Shown here one piece after another: positions 25,461 through 38,058 of a stretch of 64,000 bases of DNA. The translations under genes and the position numbers were made by a program. This DNA comes from Octopus sinensis. Its lineage: Eukaryota. The stretch spans positions 31,124,001 through 31,188,000 of the forward strand of contig NC_043004.1 in the NCBI RefSeq assembly GCF_006345805.1, written 5' to 3'. The notes beneath the pieces are model-generated. The model searched no databases and was not told where the DNA came from. It worked only from the letters and a program-made list of their open reading frames with translations. How positions within the stretch are numbered: the first letter of the stretch is position 1; every line of letters starts with the position of its first letter.

Positions 25461-26463
25461 ATTCAATGAACTTTATCCCCAAGTAATTTTTTTTAAAAAA
25501 AGGATTTTTACAAAAAAATAGGGGGGGGGGAATTCAGGCCCTTTTCCTTCCCATGAGGTAGATCTAAAACTCCGCTGACAATCCTACTGAATAAATAATG
25601 GAATGAGACCAAAGGAACCGTTTTTGTTGATTCAAGAAAAATACTTCTTAAAACACTTCCCATTTTTATATCATTTTACAACTGCAGCAAAAATGCTCGC
25701 AAACATGTGATGGAAGGGAACAAACTCTTACGGATTACAGTTCAAGGGAGACTACTGTGCAATAATTGTCAGCGTTTTCTTTCTTTCTAAAATTGGATTT
25801 CAGTTTTTGAATGTTCGTTACAAAATATATAATTTGAAAACAATATACACCAATAACACTTCACAAGAGAAAGTTTAAGTTCTTCACAGTCGTTTTTTTT
25901 TTTTTTTCCAAGAAACATTTTCGAAGCGTTTTATGGACTTTTTGTGATAGCGCCTCGACTGACCAAAATGCTTGGAGAAACTCGTGACCACGATCCGTGG
26001 CTGGTTCCACGGATCGTTTCGCAGCAGTTAACAATGCTGCGATTGTTTTGGAGTGTTTCCATTAAGCTGAAATACATACAGATTAAAGAAATACGAAACC
26101 GAAACCAAATTAACCTGCTGATTATTTTATTGATGATGATCTAAAACAAATAGGTAAAACATTTTATTAGCCACACATGACCTGTAAAGATGAATATTGG
26201 AAATGAACTCAAACGGAGTGAATGCCAAAGAGACAAACTAGATAGACAAATATGTAATAATGTTTCTGCAATCATACTAAGTATGGAATAAAATCTAAAA
26301 TATAACATTCATAATCTATGGAACAATATCGAAGACGTAATCAGTACTACGTAGTCAAGAATCAAACGCTTTAGAAAAAGTAGAACATTAAATGTGCCGC
26401 TACCTAACCCAGGATGACATCCTAAAATGAAAATGATGTGTATGTGTGATAACAAAGATTATA

Positions 26464-27312
26464 CGAGGGGGTACCCAAAAGTAACCGATAACGTTCTCTG
26501 TGGGACAAACCCGTTGTAGTTCAGGCTTCCGGCAATAGAAGACACTTGATGCAGCCCTCAGGCATCAGTCAGCTGAGGTCCGTACTGCCACATAGTGTGC
26601 CTTTGTTTTGCAGTGCTTCTCCCCTGTTCGTTGATTTTTGCGATGCCTGAAACGAAGGAACAGCGTGCTACTGTGAAATCCTGTTTTCTGTTGGAGAAAA
26701 CGGCGGCCAAAACAGTTGTCATGCGTCAAACACCTTACAAGGACACTGCCGTGAACAAAACACAAGTTTATGAGTGGTTTCCACCCCTTAGGAATGGTCA
26801 CCTGTCACTTGTAGGCCAACCTCATTCGGGACGACCATCAATCTCTCAAACGAAAACATCATGAAAATTCATGAACTGATCTTGGAGGACCGTCACCGAA
26901 CAATTGACGAACTTGATACGAATTTTGAGTGAGGAATTGTGAATGAAAAGAGTTACAGCAAAATTTGTGCCTCACATGCTCATAGAAGATCAAAAGCAGT
27001 CACAACTGAAAGTGTGTTGTGAACTGAAAGAACAGTTGGCAGTTGATCTGGACCTTATTTCGGGAGTCATCACTGGTGACAAAAGCTGGTGCTATGGAAT
27101 TTGCAGATGTGGAAGAGGTGAAGAAAAAAATGACAGAGGCCTTAAAAGATATCACTTTGCAAGAGTTCCAGCTCTGCTTCAAATAGTGGAAAACACTCAA
27201 GGGCTGATGCATTGCTTCAAAGGGAGAATACTTTGAAGGTGATAAAAGTGTAAACCTGTAAAACTAAATGTATAATATTATAAAATTTTGGTTTCTTTTG
27301 GGTACCCCCTCA
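26464..27312 (+). mobile_element. Mariner element, internally deleted, intact TIRs, TA TSD
   Basis: TA|CGAGGGGGTACCCAAAAG ... CTTTTGGGTACCCCCTCA|TA, with VYEWF, KFVPHML and VITGDKSW motifs. Confidence 0.93.
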
Positions 27313-28289
27313 TATACCAAAATCTAAATGTTTTATTGTACTGTAGTTACCTTTGTAATAATCACAGATACAGTACTTAATATTTTTAGAGTTCTATACA
27401 AAACCTATAAATGTGAGTTTGTATTTTTCTATAATGCCATGGAGATGTTGAAGCCTGGAAGTTAGGCCCGCATGGCATATGTCTGCAAACGCATGTCTAA
27501 GAGTTGGCATGTGCAATGACATCATTCACAGCCTGGAGGGAGGCTGCCCAAGCTGGAGTTGATGTCCAGGAGTAATGTGGAATAGACTAAAAAGTATGGA
27601 TTTGTAAATATAATCATCATACACATAATCCCAAACGCTTTATTTTTTCTCCTTAGCTGTCATATCACAAGACAAAGATGTAAAAGATTGTGGCTGTTGG
27701 GTAAGAAGTTTGATTCCCAACCACATGGTTCCAGGATCAGTCCCACTGTATGGCACCTTGGGCAAATGTCTTCAACTGGAGCCTCAAGCCAAACAAAGTC
27801 TTGTGAATAAATTTGGTAGACAGAAACTGAAAGAAGCCTGTTGTGTTTGTGTGTGTATATATCTTTGTGTCTGCTTGTCCCCCACCACCGCTTGACAACC
27901 AGTGTTGGTGTGTTTACATCCCTGTAACTTAGCAGTTCAGTAAAAGAGCCCAATGTAATAAATACCAGGTTTTGAAAAACCTAAGGATTGGGGTTGTTTT
28001 GCTGACTGAAGCAAGTGACAGATAAAACGTTTTTATACATTTCTGCTCTATATAATAAAACATTTATACATACATTATATATAATTTTCATCAATACACT
28101 GAATACTGAAGAATTCCCTTGAATGGAACTAAATTGAATGGAAATAATTTTATATACCTTTGAAGTAAAAACTACAAGAATTTAGTAGGTATTATGTGTG
28201 GTTTCGGACTAATGTATTGCATCACCTAATTTATATACCATAGCAGTAACAATAAAAAAAAAATAGGTACTGTTTCTGCTGTTGTATGT

Positions 28290-28790
28290 TGCAGACCAAT
28301 AATAGCATCCACAAAGGACCAAACAGACAATACAATGTGAACAGACTGTAATTTTCAGCTGCTTATTTGTGTTCATTCAAAACATACAATTACACCAATA
28401 AGTAAACTGGCAAACAATCCGTTAGCAGAGACACCTGAACAACATCCTAAACATCAAAGAGGAGAAAAAAACTTGCTATGATGAAGTACTCTGCCATGTA
28501 AACCTACTACAAAAATCCTTCTTATGTGCTCAGTTAGTACACAAATGATGTTTGTGCACTCAGTTTGTTTACAAATGTCACCTGATGAACATAGATGCAG
28601 ACACCAAGAACTTGCAATCAGAAAGTGCAGTGTTCTCTAAGAAAATCTGTATAACCCACTCAACAACCACCTTTATGTTTATGAAAAAGAGAACAAGCTC
28701 AGCTCCATTTTCTACAAGTAAGACATGCATCATAATCTAATGAGGGACAACTAATGGAGACTGTAGAGCACCTAACAACCGGCCGATCGA
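28290..28790 (+). mobile_element. Highly decayed RTE-like LINE C-terminal region
   Basis: LNNILNIKEEKKTCYDEVL resembles RTE LRRILxIxWxDKxxNEEVL. Confidence 0.4.
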
Positions 28791-31700
28791 CTAACTGTTC
28801 ATATTTTATCACCATTAAGGTATTGAATCCATAGTTTAGACTTAATTTTCTAAAGGCTCAGTCCACCTATCTATGAATAGGCACTGAAGAACAGGAACAA
28901 TTTGCCATTATTATAGAGCATTTGCAACACAAACAGATGCTTCATTAGCTTGCAGTCCTACATTCAACTCATGTGGCATAGTCTGGAGAGAGAATACTAC
29001 CAAACTGTCGAACCTTTGATACACAGTATAAAGACAAGATCTTTAGTGTGCCATTACAGTTTAATAGATTAGATATCATCATCATCATCATTTAGCATCC
29101 ACTTTCCATGCTAGCATGGGTTGGACGGCTCAACTGGGGTCTGTGAAGCCAGAAGGCTGCATCAAGCCCAGTCTGATCTGGCAGTGTTTCTACGGCTGGA
29201 TGCCCTTCCTAACGCCAACCACTCCGTGAGTGTAGTGGGTACTTTTTACGTGCCACCCACACAGGTGCCAGACAGAGCTGGCAAACGGCCACAAATGGAT
29301 GGTGCTTTTACGTGCCACCGGCACGGAGGCAGATACACTATATATTATTCTAAAAAGAAATTATGGTCATCATTATTTTAGGCTCTCCTCAACTAGAATT
29401 TAAGGACAACTAAATTAGATGTATGCTGGCAGTACTCGGTTTGAAATGTTGTCAAAGTGCAAATAAATGAAATCTAGCCAAATAATTTACAATACTAAAT
29501 ATGAGAAAGACAGACAGGCAAGAAGACAAGCTACTAACTGCAGACATTGCCAGGCTATTACAAAGTGCTTTAGTCTACAAGCAGAATTAATTTTCAGAAT
29601 CTAATCTATAACTTCCTACAAAACAGGCCAAATTAACACTTTCTATTAAATAAGCCAGGTTAACTAAGCACAACTTAACACACTACCAGTCCAGAATGAT
29701 AAATCCATCATAAACTTCACTAGTGACTGTCAATCAGTGTTTCTAATTACCTATTAATTAGAGTCCATACAACTTTAGCTAAATAAACTTCCAAGAAGTG
29801 TACTTCACCCACAGCTATTAAAGTCATAGCTATCTGAGAAACAGCACTGTGTGTTTGTATTAACAGAACTGCAAAATATAAACTTATTTCATATAAAGCA
29901 CTTTTCATATTAAAAACCAATTGATTGGGTTTTCTTTCATTTATTTATTATCAATTGATTTCTCTATTTCATTTCAATGCAGAATGTTTAAGGTTAAACA
30001 ACATGGTAAACAGATTTCACTCAAGGTGAGTGAGACTCATACCTTCAAGGAGATTTTGCTTGAATCTACCAAGAATACTCAGAGGAGAATGGTATCAGAG
30101 AGTACGTGATGACAGGCATGCAACAGGTGCTGAATGCATCATATTCTGAACCTTTATAGCATGAGAAATAGAGTCAACAAACAATTGTTGATATTTTTCA
30201 GTGCTTATTATTTTAAACACCTGCCACCTATATTTTTTTTTAGTGAGCAGCTATGCCAGAAACTAATGACATCATATATCTTCCCATAATTCTAGACGAT
30301 CATGTGGAGATGTCTCTTCTTTTTTTAAAACCATGCATTTTATAAATCTTTAATATCAAACCACTTTCAAACTTTTATACACCTTAAAATCATATATATA
30401 TATATATATATAATATATGTATGATTGGGAAAATAAGTATTGAAATTTGTCAATAGCTGTTTAGATTTACATATATATATTCAGTTGGATATCGATCTGA
30501 AGCTAGTACTTGGCAAAAATAACAACTTATATCATGAAATCGGCTACATGATTATAAATTTGTGAACAATTCAAGAAGAAAATCACATTTATCAATAGAC
30601 CTTCACATCCAAACGTAATATTTTTTTTTCTTCCTGCAACCAGCCAGACTGCATTAGCTCACAATACCTGTATGTAGAACACACCTCTTGCTTGATATTT
30701 CTTTCACTCTAAGCAAGCAGATAAAGAGTTGGCAAGTATCCAAAGTGTAAAGCTACTTTATATAAAATAATACTTATCACAATACAAATTGATGCAACCA
30801 ACGAAATTATATTCCAAGAAAATATTTTTTAGACTGTATGACACATATGCAAGACGTGTGATGTCACATGTTTGTAAAACCAGAAATAATGAGTATGGCT
30901 TACTGGTTGCATGAATGGCTGAGCTCAAGTCAGCTCAGAAAACAGACATTAAACACAACAATTCTTGTCTTCAGAAGAGATGGGTATGTATAACAAAACT
31001 GGGTGGGAAAATACTTGTATACAAACAGTGAAGAGTAGATGTAAAATAAAGTGCTGCAGTTAGATCTGAGGAACAGTGGACCTCACAAAAGAGATGACAA
31101 AGGTTCATAGGAGTGATAAAATTCTGTGCTGCAGACCAATGTAAATATGAAAACAGATAAAATTTTAAAAATAGAGAAACGAGAGTTATGAACATAAGAT
31201 CATGGGTACCTAATATTGATTTCTGATTTTATCGCTCAGCACTGTAAAAGGTGTGAACCTCAGCCTATCCTATTCTCCTCTCTGCACCTAACTACTATTA
31301 TGAAACAATAAATACAAGCATAAAACAAAATAAATTAACAAGTATTATTGCATGTTTAAAATTTCCCCTCAATCAGAAATTTAATTTCAAGAAGAAAAAA
31401 AAAATTAATCAAATCAAAACAGCAAATAGGCAGGAACTAACTGTTGCACAGATAGTGCAGTCAGTGGACTAATGTGTTGTTTAGTCTCATATTAACAGGA
31501 AATTAACAGATTAGAGCTAAACACCACAAACCACTTAGTTAATAATGCGGTATTAATAATAACGCAATGTCTGCAGCTGCATCCTATAACCAAGGTTTGT
31601 CAATATATCTACAAAGTGGTAATTAAAATTCACTAATAATGAAAATAACCAAAATAACAGATAAGCAATTTTAATTAAATAAGTGTTATGATAGTCAACA

Positions 31701-32655
31701 GCAATCAAATTATACACAATTATGAAAACAGTCAATGGTGTCAGTGAAATATTCTAAAGGATTGTGTTATAGGAACACAGTCCTAGCATAGAGAGTGGTC
31801 AAAACTTTTGCATAGCATACGATTGGAACAAAAGTAACTAAAACACTAATTACATCATTTGTAAATTAACAAAGCACCCTAAGAAAAGTGGGTAGATAGG
31901 AATGGTGAGTCTACTGCAATGGAATAGGAAGTTTATAGTGTTAGAGGTTATAAACTGTTTAAACAAAAGAATAACAAAAATATGAAGCTGTGAGTGAATA
32001 TGATATATCCATGATGTATTGATAGAGAATGGTAATGAGAGGAATAAAGATAAGTTTGGAGTGGCTTCACAAATGATTCAGCATCGAAACACGAACAAAT
32101 ATCACTACTACTACTGCTGCTAGGGGAGTTTGACTCATTTAACTCTTGTTAAGCCAATAGTTATTATTATTAGATATGTAAGGAAAGGGAGAAATGAAAT
32201 AGATAAATGTAGCTTTATCTATGTCATTATGAAAAATTTCAAAAGGTTCCACCACAGCAAAATAAATAAATCTTCACTGATAGAAACATACATATATGCA
32301 CACAAATATATCTCAGGCAAATCTGCATCTGAATTATTATCACTAAAGATATAAAATTATATATATATATGTATGTATGTATAAACAAACATTTACTTCT
32401 AAAGCATTGAAATGTGTATTGTACAATACAAACAAGAAAGTGATAGTTTTCGAACACAGTATTGCTGTTAGAACAGTAGAATTAATGGGTAAATCACCCT
32501 TACAAGGCAGCAAAACACTGTTTGTTGACAACTTCTTCCACTTTCTAATAGTAATTACGCATTATTTCTACTGTTCTAATGGCAATGCAGCATTTGCAAA
32601 AAATACCACCAACTTCTAACAATGCAGCAAGTTTAATAAAACCTTTATATTTCAG

Positions 32656-32952
32656 ATGCAAAGGCCCCTCTTCACAAGAAAAGAACTTTCTGCATTTCTT
32701 TTTACCTTCTTCGATATTACAATGCTCCAAGCAAACTACAACGATGCTAGATGTGTCGAAACAATTGACGTGATTAATAATAAATTCTCGTATATTCCAT
32801 CTTCTGTCTTTCATTTGTCATATATATATATATATAAAGGCTATGGAGAAGGATATTTTGAGGGAATAAATGAAAAAGCAATATTAACTAACAAGAAAAG
32901 CTGAATAAAACACAGAATGATGCATGTGGGAGAGATGAATACACTGCTACAG
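32656..32952 (+). other. Candidate 297-nt plus-strand cassette or non-coding exon
   Basis: Acceptor cctttatatttcag| and perfect donor CTACAG|gtaagt. Stops occur in all frames and there is an internal (TA)n. Confidence 0.35.
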
Positions 32953-35900
32953 GTAAGTAATGTAAACGAATGCTTAGAGACAGAGTGAAAATGCCTCGAG
33001 ATACTAACCAAGGATAGCTATGATAGATCAACAAGAATATTAATGCTATGTAAACAAAAGCACTCAAGGAATGTGAACCAGGATATGCATAGTACATAAA
33101 CCAGGATAGCTATGCTACAAAGGTACCTATGCAACATGAACATAGGTATTTATGCTATGTTAACAAAGGTACTTAAGGTACATGAACAAGAAAGATGACT
33201 CAGGATGAAATTACAAAGGTCTGTCGTAAACCAATAATGTATTAATTGTATTGTAGGTATGTCTACTTTTTACTGATAAAAATATAAACACAAATTTATA
33301 TTTAGTAAATGTATATGCATAGATACACACTCACTCATTCACTGAGGGTTCCACTAATAATTTAAGAAGATTAGAAAATCAAGCTTCTAGGCAAGACAAT
33401 CTGTTTTTAAGGGTAGAATATTCAAAAGTTAAAGACTAAAGCACAATATTGATACTGGGTATTATAAACCTTAAACATCCCCTTAAAAGGTCTAATTTTG
33501 CTTACTTAATTTATTGGAAATGTTGAAAGAGATACACCTATAATGTTAGAATAGAGTGAATATTATGATTAAATTTATAGAACATTAAACTATACAAATT
33601 ATAGTTCTGAGCTGGTGATAAACATGAATATATTTAGTAATGGGAAGAAACAAATATAATAATGTTTTCAAGTTTTGGCACAAGCCCAACAATTGTAAGA
33701 GTAAGGGGCTAGACAACTACATCACCCACCCCACCTAACTGACCCTGAAAGGATGAAAAGTAAAGTCGACCTTGGTGGAATTTGAATTCAGGAAGACAGA
33801 CAAAATGTCCAACATGCTAAATGATTGATGATCAGGAATAAGAGATGTAAAACGTATGTTAGGGTTAGGATAAACCACAGGAAATACAAAATGGTGAAAT
33901 TCAGTAAAGAACTAAATCAAAAGGACATACAGTCTGTGATAGTTAAAGGTTAAAAGTAAATAAGGAACAGATATATCTGTGAGGTTAACTAGTTTGCTTT
34001 GCAGTTGCATGGTTTCAGGTTCAGTCCTAGCTGGGGTAAATGTATTCTACAATAGTCCCAAGCCAACTAATTCCTTGTGAATGAATTTGGTAAATGGAAA
34101 CTGTATTTAAGTCATGCAGTGTGTGTGTGGGTGTGTGTTTATGAGTGTATGTGTGCATGTATTTTTTGTTTTTATTGTTTTGGTGGAAGTGTGTACACAT
34201 ATGAGCCATTTATTTGTGCTTGTCCTTCCTACTGTTTTGTTAAATCTGGTACTACTTATTTTATTGGTCTCTTGCTGTTGAACTGCCATAACTTTGCAGT
34301 TCAACAACGAGAAATCCATAGAGTAAGTAGTACCAGACTTAAAACAAATAAATACTAGAGTCAATCTGTTTGAGTAAACCCTTCAAGATGGTGCTCAAGT
34401 AAAACCACAGCCCAATGACTGAAACAAGTAAAAGAATTTTATAAAATAACATAAAATGAGTTGGTATTACTTTGGTGGGTTTGTTTATGTTTTTCCCAAA
34501 TTTCTTCACAAAATCTAGGAAGAGAATATTGGAAAACCAGTTGCTAAAATAAATTGTACATTTAAAGTGGTTGTTAATTATCTTTCACCATTCTGTAGAA
34601 ACACCGTATGCAACCATTTATGCTGTAAAAAGATAATTTAAAATAGAAAAGGAAATGCAAAGAATGAGTCACAAGAATATAACCTGAATGCTAATTGTAA
34701 AACCATTGTGAAAATGATCAATAAAGATTTTTCATTAGCCACCATAGCCTAAAGTGAAATGAAAATTTTCATAGTGAATAGTATTCAACGAGAACTTTTA
34801 TTTGAAACCTGTAAACATATCTGTAAATACCCATGGCAAGGTATCAGTGAATTTCCTGAAATTAGCTATGTGAAGTCTCAGTAATTTGATGACAGAGTGC
34901 ATCTGTAGACAATGAAAGGTATGTTAAGAGCATATAGAAGCCACATTATCGATCATACATTAGATAGCTGTAAGAAAATATAGCAGAGTGGAATGAAATG
35001 TTAAAACATTAAATGGTGTTTTTTTTGGTGTGGGGCTCCGTCTTTTACTTGCCTTTCATTGGACTACAGCCATACTGGGCACCATCTTGACTAGTTTAGT
35101 TGAACAAGTCGTTCCTAGTCTCTTCTGCTGAATCACTAAGTTATGAAGATGTAAGCAAACCAACACCAATTATCAAGTGGGGGGAAACAAAAACATACAC
35201 ATATATCTATACACATGATGACAGGCTTGCATGCAGTTTCCATCTATCAAATTCCCTCACATGACAAGAACTACAGTATGAGACATTTGGCCAAGATGCC
35301 ACATAGTGGGACTGAACATGAAACTGCATTGTTGCAAAGTGAGATTCTTAACCAAACAGCTATGCCTGCCACTTATTTGTCTGAAAGAATAATATTTGAG
35401 CTTTTTTTCCCTCCTACTGATCTATTTTTCAATGGTAACTAGGCAATTTTTACAAATTTGAACATTTGTCTAATAAAGCAATTATTTTTTACAGGTAGAT
35501 AATTTTTCACTTAAAGTAGTTTCAACTTCACATTCAAGTGAAGATGCCGGTTTCACATTTGGTTAACAAATACAAAACACATTTGCCAACCAAACAAACA
35601 ACTATGTACCTTGTTCAAAGTTGTAAAAGCAGCATTTACAGAAGAAATGAGACTTATTCCTTATATAAGTAAATAATGATTTCTTAAGTATGCATAACAC
35701 TTTAGAAAAAGGGATGTGAATCTGTGACCTTTATGCTGATCCATGTTACTAAAGACATGACTCTGAGAAGAAAAGTAATGAAGTATTAACAATGTTCAAT
35801 GTTTATTATATTCCATAGGATAACATTCAATGAAATTTTTGTAATTTGTTGATATTACTTGCACCTAAACTTAATTAGAGATATACTAAGAATAAAGCAG

Positions 35901-36812
35901 TAAAGTTATATGCAAAATGAAAATAGAATAGTAAATTTTTATGAAAATACAAATTAGTCAAAAGGCAAGCAAGTAGGTAAATTTATAAAGGTGAAAAGAA
36001 AAATTAGAAAATTAACAAAGCCACACAACCAATCAACATCTATAACCTAAGTAGTTCATACACAACACAATGTTCTACCTCCACTTTTCACTGTCATATT
36101 TTCTACCATCTTTCTCCAAGTTCATTGCTTGATGTTGCAATGGCCTTCCTATATCTCTTTTACTGGAGTGTTTGACCATCTGTGGCCATATTCACTATAG
36201 GTAGGATATCATGTGACCAAACTATAAAGTAGATATATCTGAAATTGTATAAATCATTATGGCACCAGCAGTGTACTGAGTACTTGGCTAGACACTGCAC
36301 CATACCTGCAACTACTTACTTGGCAGCAGAGCAAGATTAAAAAAAAAAGAGAAACATCCAATAATTCAGTGATGTGACATGGGATGGAGTTTGATAGCTT
36401 ACAACACCGATTTCCATCTAAAACATTCTATCTCAATGACGGTGGAAATAAGAGCTTGAAAGTCAGGGGAAGAAATGTCCATTGAAGTTGTTTTAATTTA
36501 ATAGGCTGGTTGAAAGAGCTAAGGATGATAGCAAATGTGAAAGAGTTACATAGAGAAGTAACCAATATAACTGTGACAATAATAATTTAAGAGAGAGAAG
36601 GGTAACAACATATACAGCTGATAAAGGTAACCAATAAAATAACATCAGTAATGATTTAACATTATTTTGCTATATTGCTATAGAGTAGACAGCTATTTAG
36701 TTTCGAAAGCAAATACCTCTCATAGAGTGAGTCCTTCTAAATGACTAAACACTAATTAAATAACAATAAACACTATGAGTTTTCCTAGACAAATTGAATT
36801 TCCATAAGAAAG

Positions 36813-38058
36813 TATAAGAGGTGGGGAGTCAAAAATTATCTACATTTTCACCAAAACTTTCTTTAGGTTGGCTATACTGCCTTCAACACTTCCAAGCTAA
36901 ATGGAGGTATTCTTGTGGTTACCTAACCGAGGTTTGACCTTGATCACTCCAGTTTGTTTTCCTGTGTTACAGAGTAAACATGGCCACTCTGCTGGCAGAG
37001 GGCAGCAAGGAAGAACAGTGATTTCTCTGGGGATGAAACTCATTGCAGACTTTCAGTACCAGAGACAGCACTCTTCCATGTAAGAAGTGTGTATGAGTGG
37101 ATCAAGAAATTTTAAAATCGCCAGAGAAGTATGAAGCACAAAAAGGGAGGAAAACACCCGCCAACTTCCACCACTGATGTGAAGATTCAACAAGCTCAAG
37201 AGATGGTTCTGGCAAAGTGACAAGTGACCATCAATGATGGTGGCGAGTTTTCTGCAAATTAGTCATGGTTCTGCATACATAATCATCCACAACAAGCTTT
37301 ACTTCTGTAAAGTCTGTGCAAGATGGGAGCCAAAAGTGCTTACTGAAGTGCAAAAGTGCAAATCATGTGGAGATTTGTCAATGCTTACTTGACCGCTACA
37401 ACAATGAAAGTGAAGCTTTTTTGAGGATATAGTCACAGGAGATGAATCCTGGGTCCATTACTTTCAGCCAGAACCCACAATGCAAGGTATGAAGGGGAAA
37501 CACCTAGAATTGCCAGTGAAAAACAAATTCAAGACTCAACCTTCTGCAGAAAAAATGATGCTAACCATTTTTGGGATGCAAAAAGGGCCTATACTGGAAC
37601 ATTAACTGGAAAAGTGGTTTACAGTCACCAATGTAGACTAGAGAGAGACACTGGCCAACAAACTGAAACCAGTAATTCACACCAAACGCCAGTATTTATT
37701 GTCAAAGCAAATGTCGTCATTGTACAGCAATGTACACACACATATTGTTGCCTACACCATTAAAACCATTGAAAAATTGGGTTTCAAGTTACAGAGACAG
37801 GCTGCATACAGTGCAGATGTCGCTCCTTCCAATTACCACCTCTTTGGAGCATTCAAACATCCTGTACTACAGATGAAGAAACACAGGAAGCAGTGCATAA
37901 ATGGCTGCACTTTTCTTCAGTGGACTAACTTTGTAGACTGCTAGAAGTGCATCAAAAAGCAAGGAGATTATGTCAAAGAATGATGTAATTGTTCAAACCC
38001 TGCTTTTCTTTAATAAATTATAGAAACAAGTGTGTATAACTTTTTATTTACTCTTATA
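36813..38058 (+). mobile_element. Near full-length decayed mariner element
   Basis: KVCARWEPKVLT, IVTGDESWVHY, KMMLTIFWD and YSADVAPSNYHLF (YSPDLAP motif), with degenerate TIRs. Confidence 0.9.
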
